Source: a virus (taxonomy: Duplodnaviria > Heunggongvirae > Uroviricota > Caudoviricetes). Taken from it: 64,000 bases of DNA. The stretch's first letter is position 1, and each line of letters starts with the position of its first letter. The position numbers and the translations under genes are program-made. The notes below the pieces were generated by a model, which made no database searches, was not told the origin of the DNA, and worked only from the letters and a program-made list of their open reading frames with translations. Shown piece after piece: positions 57,692 through 64,000 of the stretch. The stretch spans positions 1-64,000 of IMG/VR virus record IMGVR_UViG_3300028591_000080; one strand, 5' to 3'.

Positions 57692-58546
57692 TTAATGTCT
57701 CCTAGACTTTTTACCAACAAAATCATTAAATGATTTAGCTCTATATGCACGCTTAGTCATTATTTCTTGTCTCTTAGCTGCTTTAGCTCTTTGATATCCT
57801 TCAATATCAACATAACTTGTTAGACCTAATTTAACTCTTTCGTCTAATTTAAATCTACGAAGAATAAGTCTTGTTGTTTCTTCAATTCCACTATCTTCTG
57901 AATCTGCAAACTTATCAACTATTGAAGTATAAATTTCACACATCTTAGATAGAGCTTCAGAAACTTCTTCTAATGAATTCTCTTCAACCTCAGATTTTTC
58001 AAATATAAATCCACCACCAGAATAAGTTGCATCAATTAACATAGGAATAACTTCTGGAGTTACTTTTTCTTGTTCAAAATCATGGTTGAAAATTTCACCT
58101 GGAATAATACCATCTAATAAATTATATTGACGCATAAATTCACAAGCAACTTCATTTAATAATTGATTATCTTCATATTTTAAATCTTCATTATAATAAA
58201 TGATTTTAATTTCTTTTGGTCTACAAATATATACAAACTTATCTGTATCAAGATAAGGTTCAAAATTTACAATCTTATCACTTGAGATATTTGTAACTAG
58301 AGGATTTAAGAAAATTTTAATTTTATCATTAAAACGAATAGCAAAGATTCTTTTATTTATTCCTAATTGAGGAGCAGAAACTGATAATAAATCTTTTCTT
58401 TCTTCTAAAGTCTTAATTAACTTTTCTTTAGCTTCATCAAATTCTGCTGTTCCTTCTGGATCAAATCCTAATTTATTTTCATCTAAAACTAAGATCGGTT
58501 CTGATGGAACAGAAAGTTTGGAAATATCTCTAATTAATTCTTCCAT
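57692..58546 (-). CDS. Peptide deformylase-like protein, catalytically degenerate
   Basis: SVSAPQLGINKRIF, FLNP, EPYL, RPKEI, FMRQYNLLDGI. Confidence 0.75.
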   Translation of the reverse strand: MEELIRDISKLSVPSEPILVLDENKLGFDPEGTAEFDEAKEKLIKTLEERKDLLSVSAPQLGINKRIFAIRFNDKIKIFLNPLVTNISSDKIVNFEPYLDTDKFVYICRPKEIKIIYYNEDLKYEDNQLLNEVACEFMRQYNLLDGIIPGEIFNHDFEQEKVTPEVIPMLIDATYSGGGFIFEKSEVEENSLEEVSEALSKMCEIYTSIVDKFADSEDSGIEETTRLILRRFKLDERVKLGLTSYVDIEGYQRAKAAKRQEIMTKRAYRAKSFNDFVGKKSRRH

Positions 58547-58549
58547 AAA

Positions 58550-58942
58550 CTACTCTCCTTTAATTTCTTTTGTTTCTTGCTTAACTTCGTTTTTAAAATT
58601 TTCAATATATTTTCTAAAATTAACTAAAACATCTTCATTTTCTAATTTAATAGATGCTTCGTCTAATCCAAATCTAGAAAAATGATCTTCAATTTCTTTA
58701 TTTGCAACTTTAAATTTTTCTTTCTTTCTACCACGAACTGGTTTAGAATATAAATACATTATATGTGCAAAAAATTGATATGTTTCATCATATTTTTTAA
58801 ATGTTTCTTCTAATTGGTCTGCTTTTTCTTGAGTAATATAACCATCTTTAACAGCTTCTTTAGCTTGCTCTTTAATAGCAAATCTCTCAAGATGAGCCTT
58901 CTCAAAAGTTTTAAAATAAGCTTTTACATCAGCTAATGCCAT
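58550..58942 (-). CDS. Hypothetical protein
   Basis: ORF with RBS. Confidence 0.65.
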   Translation of the reverse strand: MALADVKAYFKTFEKAHLERFAIKEQAKEAVKDGYITQEKADQLEETFKKYDETYQFFAHIMYLYSKPVRGRKKEKFKVANKEIEDHFSRFGLDEASIKLENEDVLVNFRKYIENFKNEVKQETKEIKGE

Positions 58943-58954
58943 AATAATTCCTTT

Positions 58955-59323
58955 CTAATTTAAAGCTTTAAATAATTTTCCAATCTGAGGTATTTCCTCA
59001 ATAATTATATCAAAGTCGTCTTCAACAACTGTTTCTAATTCTTTTTTTGGATCGTTAATAAAGCTAGATATTGCTGCATAAATTTTTTGTTCATTAAATT
59101 TCATTGAACCATATTTTATATTGAATCCATATTTAGTAGGTAGATCTGGTTTATCTACAAAAACTGGACCAAAAGTTAAATAATGAAATTTTCCTCTAAT
59201 AGTTTTGGCACACATAAATCATTGTAAGAATAAATTATTTGTACAACGAATTGCAAAATTACCACAATCGTCTAATTCAAGCATATCTTCAAATGAAGAA
59301 GTACCTTTATAACCTATTAGCAT
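58955..59323 (-). CDS. Hypothetical protein (122 aa, 1 TGA)
   Basis: ATG coupled to the upstream TAA; TGA at 59219. Confidence 0.65.
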
Positions 59324-59628
59324 TATTCATCTCCAAGTTCATCAATCTTTAAATAATACTTATCATTTTCAAAATCAGCCATTAAAAATATATTATACTT
59401 TATTTCATTTACGTCTATTTCAAAATAATTTGTTATTTTAACTGTTGAATTATTTGAATTCTTTGTAAAAGCTGGATATTCAGTATTAATAGCAACTTCA
59501 TCTAATAAAGAATAAACTCTTGCATATTCATCGCTATCTTCAAGATCAATAACATAAAAATGATTTTTAAATGTTCCACTTTTATTTAACTTAATTTTAT
59601 CTAAAACATCTTTGATATTATTCTTCAT
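59323..59628 (-). CDS. Hypothetical protein
   Basis: GGAG RBS before MKNNIK. Confidence 0.6.
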   Translation of the reverse strand: MKNNIKDVLDKIKLNKSGTFKNHFYVIDLEDSDEYARVYSLLDEVAINTEYPAFTKNSNNSTVKITNYFEIDVNEIKYNIFLMADFENDKYYLKIDELGDE

Positions 59629-60178
59629 TTTTATCTCCATCAAGATCCGCTATGTCTGCATCAATTACTTCAGCTTCATCTTTATCTTTAGAGTAAAGAC
59701 CTAAAGAACTTAAGAAATCATTAATATTCTTTCTTTTTTGGGTATTAATTCCTTCAAGTCTTGGATCTGTAGTTTCAACATTAACATTTGTTGTATGTTT
59801 ATTAACTTGAATTAATGTATTAGGTGTTTGTCCATTAATTAAATTATTATTCTTTTCAATTAAATCTTGAATAATCTTTAACATGTTCATTAATTGAACC
59901 ATATCCATTTCTTCTGGATGGTTTAATATTCTATCTTTTGTTTCACCTAAAACATTATCTAATAGATCACCATAACTATTTGATCTAACAATGGCTTTTT
60001 TCTTTTGATTTTGGTTGAATAAATAAAGCAAATCTTTTTGTTTTTCTTCATTTGAAGTTGTTGTAATTTGGCTAAGTATTTCTAAAGCTTCACGTTTTAA
60101 TCCATCAATATTTTCTTTTAAATCTTCATCTGATAAATCATCTACAAGGACTAAATCTTGTTTTTGTTCATCAGCCAT
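59618..60178 (-). CDS. Hypothetical helical protein (possible small terminase)
   Basis: Helical core, N-rich strand, C-terminal EVIDAD; function unconfirmed. Confidence 0.4.
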   Translation of the reverse strand: MADEQKQDLVLVDDLSDEDLKENIDGLKREALEILSQITTTSNEEKQKDLLYLFNQNQKKKAIVRSNSYGDLLDNVLGETKDRILNHPEEMDMVQLMNMLKIIQDLIEKNNNLINGQTPNTLIQVNKHTTNVNVETTDPRLEGINTQKRKNINDFLSSLGLYSKDKDEAEVIDADIADLDGDKNEE

Positions 60179-60180
60179 AA

Positions 60181-60513
60181 TTATACTACCTCATTAATAA
60201 TAGAATTTAACTTAGCTGCAATAGCTTCAGTTAATGACTCCACTAGTAAATCTTCTGGTTGAGATGAAGAAATAGACTTTCCAAAAGCACTCTTCATTGA
60301 TTTAGACGGTACGCTTTTCCAACTTCCATCCTCAAGATTTATGCTTAATGAACTTACTCCTAAATCTAAAACTAATATTGATTCATTTTGAGCTTTAGCC
60401 GTTCTGATTGCTTCACATATACAATTAATAAAAATATCGGTCATATATGATGTTTGCTTTGAAGATAATTTAAATATAGTTCCAAAATCATCTACAATAT
60501 TTCTTTTAACCAC
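60181..60513 (-). CDS. HU/IHF-like DNA-binding protein (tentative)
   Basis: Two helices, LDLGVSSLSI strand, PSKSMK helix. Confidence 0.4.
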   Translation of the reverse strand: MVKRNIVDDFGTIFKLSSKQTSYMTDIFINCICEAIRTAKAQNESILVLDLGVSSLSINLEDGSWKSVPSKSMKSAFGKSISSSQPEDLLVESLTEAIAAKLNSIINEVV

Positions 60514-60524
60514 GGATTTTCTCC

Positions 60525-60785
60525 TTAATCTAAATATTTCATAATCTTTATTGGATCTACACCTTTAACATTCCATAAAGATCTTTCAGTTTCTTTTTCT
60601 AAATTATCTAACATAAAATTTAATTTATGTTGAATACATCTTCCAATTATATCTTGTTCATCGAATTTATCTGAAAAAATACTATTTATAAATAATAATC
60701 TTGTTTTAAAATTTCTATTTTCTTCTAGAAATTTAGGAGACTCCCAATCGATTCTATCTACCATGATTCTTAAGTGACTCCTCAT
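60525..60785 (-). CDS. Hypothetical protein
   Basis: ORF overlapping the upstream gene. Confidence 0.55.
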   Translation of the reverse strand: MRSHLRIMVDRIDWESPKFLEENRNFKTRLLFINSIFSDKFDEQDIIGRCIQHKLNFMLDNLEKETERSLWNVKGVDPIKIMKYLD

Positions 60786-61158
60786 CGATATTATATTCTT
60801 TAATAATTGGAATAATTTTTAAATATAAATCAAGTATTTTTTCTTTTTCTTTATCATCTTTTACATTTAATTGTCTTTGTGCATCTACTAAAGATTGACC
60901 TTCAAGATTAATATATTGATATAATAATAATGCATTTGTTAATTCTTTAAATTCTTCTTCAGTAGGAATTTTAATTGTTTGACCTGCAAAATATGCTAAA
61001 AGTCTAGTTAAATTATTTCCATCTAATAAAAAACATAATCTACTTAATGTTGCATATTCTGGAACTTCTTCTACTTTAAATAATATAAACATCATTAAAG
61101 TATAAATATCTGATAAGTGTAATTTATCTAAATTAGCTTTAATCAAGCTCTTCTTCAT
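60754..61158 (-). CDS. Mor/C-like transcription regulator (tentative)
   Basis: LLDGNNLTRLLAYFAGQTIKIP resembles the Mor-family F.G..I.IP motif. Confidence 0.45.
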   Translation of the reverse strand: MKKSLIKANLDKLHLSDIYTLMMFILFKVEEVPEYATLSRLCFLLDGNNLTRLLAYFAGQTIKIPTEEEFKELTNALLLYQYINLEGQSLVDAQRQLNVKDDKEKEKILDLYLKIIPIIKEYNIDEESLKNHGR

Positions 61159-61966
61159 AAGTGCCCTCCGGATTTGAAATCATTTTAGTTAAGATTGATT
61201 CATCAACTCTATCCATTTCGAAACAATCTAAGATTAATCTCTTTAATTTAATAAAGAATTCATTAATTAATACTCTAACATATTCAGAAAGAGATTTTGG
61301 TAAATGTCATAACGTTACCGAAACACCTTGTTGAAGCGGAACTAATTTATTTCTTTTTTCTAATATATTACGTGTATTTAATAAAATTGAAATTTTTATA
61401 TTTCTCCAATCCGATGAATCTTTTCTAAATGGTGTTGTTTTTAAAAGTTCATCGATTAGATAATCACATTGTTTAATTGATTCTGTAATTGTTGTAATTG
61501 TTTTTGAATAATTTTGAGCCCGAGCATCGGATAATAATTGTTGTTTAAATTGAAATGGATCAAAATTATTATCATTCATTTCTTCAGATAAGACCTGTCT
61601 AAATGATTGATCTTGATATTCAACTCGTCTATTGTGTAATGTTCCTTTTACATAATCTAGAATATTAACAATAGGACCAATTATTCTTCCTTTAACTGAT
61701 TTTCCACGATTATTTCAATTCTTAATTAATTGGAAATAATAGAATGAAGCTGCATGGAAGGCAAACCCATCATAGTCTGAGAAATTTACAAACATATGTT
61801 TTTTAATTGCAAGCATCTTAGTTAATAACCACAAATAATTATAAACTAGATCCTCATCTTTAGGGTATTTTCCTTTATTTTCAGCAATTCTTGGGATAAC
61901 TCCACTTTTATCTATTCATATACACATGTCACAATAAGACATACCTGTGGGTTTTTTCCATAACAT
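61139..61966 (-). CDS. Candidate late sigma factor (T4 gp55-like, 275 aa, 3 TGA)
   Basis: AGGAG RBS; TGA at 61916, 61715, 61307; LWLLTKMLAIKKHMFVNFSDYD...NILDYVK resembles gp55 region 2; next to the gp46-like gene. Confidence 0.5.
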
Positions 61967-62003
61967 ATCGATCTCCTATTATATAAAATATAATACAATA
62001 TTT

Positions 62004-63872
62004 TTAGTATATTATCGAGCTGATGCCTTCAGCGCTTTTTTCTACTCTGATCTCTGAGTCAATAGGTAAAGATAATTGATTAGCCATATGACTTATAATA
62101 AAGACAGATTCAGTTGAATTTAATTCATTTTCAATTAAGTTCATTACTGCATTACAGCTCTTTTCATCTAAGAAATCTGTAATTTCATCTAATGCAAGAA
62201 TATTTGAATTTAAATTTAAATAATTCTTTAATAAATCTCTTAATGTTAATTGAATAATTAAATCAACTCTAGTTCTTTCACCACCAGAAAGACTCTCAAT
62301 TGGCTTATTACAATAAGAAATATCAAGATTATTTCCGTTTAAAACAATTTCAATTTCTTGAGTTCCGAAAACTGTTTGACTAAATGTTTTAGATTTAGAA
62401 TTAATATACTTAATAACATTTTGTAATAAAATACCTCTAAAATCACGTTTAATTAAACTTTCCATCTTCTTAACTACTTGAGTATGTTCTAAGATTTCTT
62501 GTTTAGAAGTATTTAATTCTTGAACTTCTAAGTCTAATTTTAATAAAATCTTTTCAGTTTCTTCTTTTTTAGAATTTAAATCATTTAATCTTGATAAATA
62601 ATTAGCTTTATTTGTCTGAATAGAACTTAATTTATTATTTAAATTTAAAATTTGAGTATTTAATTTACTTAAATTTCCATTATATAAAGATATTTTAGTA
62701 TTTAAATCTGCCTTTTTCTTATCTAAATCTGAAATATCTTTATCAAAAGTATTTTTAATTTCTAATTCATATTTAGCTTTTGTTTCTTTTAATTTATTAA
62801 GTTCTTGATCTATTACATTAATTTGTTTATCAATTTCAACTATTCTAGTTTCTTGTTCTTTAGTATCTGGTTTAGTTACACCAGCTAACTTTTGGTGACA
62901 AGTAGGACAGACATCTACAATAGATTTTATATGTTGAATTTGATGTTGTAAATTAGATTTTTCAGAATTTAAAGCAATTTTCTCAGCATTTACTGAATTA
63001 AATTTTGTATTAAATGCTTCAAACATAGATTGTAATTGTTCTGATTTATCTGAAGTTAATTTTAAATATTTAGTATTTACTGCAGATAATTCATTATTAA
63101 ATTCTGTTAATTCTTTTGATTTATCATCATATAATGTTCTATTTGATTCAATCTCGGATTCAAGATTTTTAATCTCAGTATCAAAGTTTGAATTAGTTTG
63201 AAGTGTTTCTAATTCTGTAGTAATAGTATCTAATGTTGTTCGATTGGTCTGAATTAAAGTATTTTTTACTAAAATCTTATCTTCAGTATTTCTTAAATCT
63301 GTATCTAAAACATTAAGACGATTTTCGATTTTTTCTCTAATTTCTTTTACCATAAAATCTGTTTTTGTTAGATTTTCTAGTTTTTCTTTTCTTTTTGCTG
63401 GAGTTAATGCAGATAATCTATCTGGAAATCCTTGTCCAATTAAAATACTAGATCCAAGTAAGTCTCTATTTATATCTGGTAATTGTTCTGCTAAGATAAC
63501 TTCAGAATCTCTTAATGTTTTTCCAGAAATATCTTCACCATTTTTAATTATTTTTAAATCTGATTTAGGGTTAAAAATTCGTGTGATAATAAAATTATCT
63601 TCGAAAAAGTTCATATCAACAGTTACCCAACAAGAATTTTCTTCTAAAAATAAATTTTTAAATCCACTACGTTGGCCAGTAAGTGTTTCTCCGATTAAAC
63701 ATGCGCACAGTGCATTAATCCAAGCAGATTTACCTGATCCATTAGATGCGGCATTATCTTTTTCAAAATTATTTTTTCCACTTACTAAACAAAATCCTTT
63801 ATCTCTTAAATCAATTTCGGCATCTCCATAAGAATAAAAATTATGTATCTTTACAGTGTTAAATTTTATCAT
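62004..63872 (-). CDS. SbcC/Rad50 (T4 gp46-like) recombination ATPase
   Basis: NGSGKS, CPTC hook, LSGGE, LDE, ISH. Confidence 0.93.
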   Translation of the reverse strand: MIKFNTVKIHNFYSYGDAEIDLRDKGFCLVSGKNNFEKDNAASNGSGKSAWINALCACLIGETLTGQRSGFKNLFLEENSCWVTVDMNFFEDNFIITRIFNPKSDLKIIKNGEDISGKTLRDSEVILAEQLPDINRDLLGSSILIGQGFPDRLSALTPAKRKEKLENLTKTDFMVKEIREKIENRLNVLDTDLRNTEDKILVKNTLIQTNRTTLDTITTELETLQTNSNFDTEIKNLESEIESNRTLYDDKSKELTEFNNELSAVNTKYLKLTSDKSEQLQSMFEAFNTKFNSVNAEKIALNSEKSNLQHQIQHIKSIVDVCPTCHQKLAGVTKPDTKEQETRIVEIDKQINVIDQELNKLKETKAKYELEIKNTFDKDISDLDKKKADLNTKISLYNGNLSKLNTQILNLNNKLSSIQTNKANYLSRLNDLNSKKEETEKILLKLDLEVQELNTSKQEILEHTQVVKKMESLIKRDFRGILLQNVIKYINSKSKTFSQTVFGTQEIEIVLNGNNLDISYCNKPIESLSGGERTRVDLIIQLTLRDLLKNYLNLNSNILALDEITDFLDEKSCNAVMNLIENELNSTESVFIISHMANQLSLPIDSEIRVEKSAEGISSIIY

Positions 63873-64000
63873 TATAAAGCCTTTTCCTTTCTTTGATTTT
63901 TGAAGTATATAATATAATACAATTTATACAAAAAAGATTTTAGCATATAATTTTTCTAAAATTTTTCGCAAAAAACAATAATATATAATATTTATAATAT

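Noticed and set aside
6180-61966. Split structural genes as pseudogenes or sequencing errors
   Set aside because: All interruptions are in-frame TGA, none TAA/TAG or indel, and a cognate tRNA is present
6180-61966. TGA=Gly (code 25) or TAG=Gln (code 15)
   Set aside because: Motif contexts favour Trp; TAG codons end genes next to the following RBS or start
745-63831. Plus-strand ORFs in the track (e.g. 745-933, 1731-1922, 25228-25725, 27458-27790, 36392-36703)
   Set aside because: Antisense shadows of tRNAs, the ncRNA or minus-strand genes; Ser/Leu/Phe-rich and without RBS

Overview
A 64-kb, very AT-rich segment of a large T4-like (gp23/gp20/gp21/gp18/gp19-type) contractile-tail phage. Essentially all genes are on the minus strand and have strong AGGAG Shine-Dalgarno sites (Firmicutes/Bacilli-like host, inferred). 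In transcription order (right to left): SbcC/gp46-like ATPase, a candidate late sigma factor, small regulators, a degenerate peptide deformylase, topoisomerase IA, a late block of acidic proteins (MoxR-type AAA+ ATPase, HExxH peptidase, vWA protein, nucleotidyltransferase, SWIM protein), terminase, portal, protease-scaffold fusion, major capsid, neck, sheath, tube, tape measure, baseplate and fibre, then SNF2 helicase, KpsF-like isomerase and an RNA-gene cluster. The key result is that the supplied ORF track uses the wrong code. About 41 in-frame TGA codons in 22 genes (hand count) read through as Trp, and every reconstructed gene ends in TAA or TAG. The phage encodes its own UCA-anticodon tRNA, with a Trp-like body and an unusual 26-nt variable arm. 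TGG still outnumbers TGA about 3:1, which suggests a standard-code host and phage-imposed recoding. The candidate late sigma factor itself contains three TGAs, and a conserved TGCTAAATTA box precedes the late operons, suggesting a recoding-gated early-to-late switch. A ~635-nt closed structured RNA (ROOL-like) lies beside the tRNA array. All protein calls come from motif recognition and synteny; no database searches were run.
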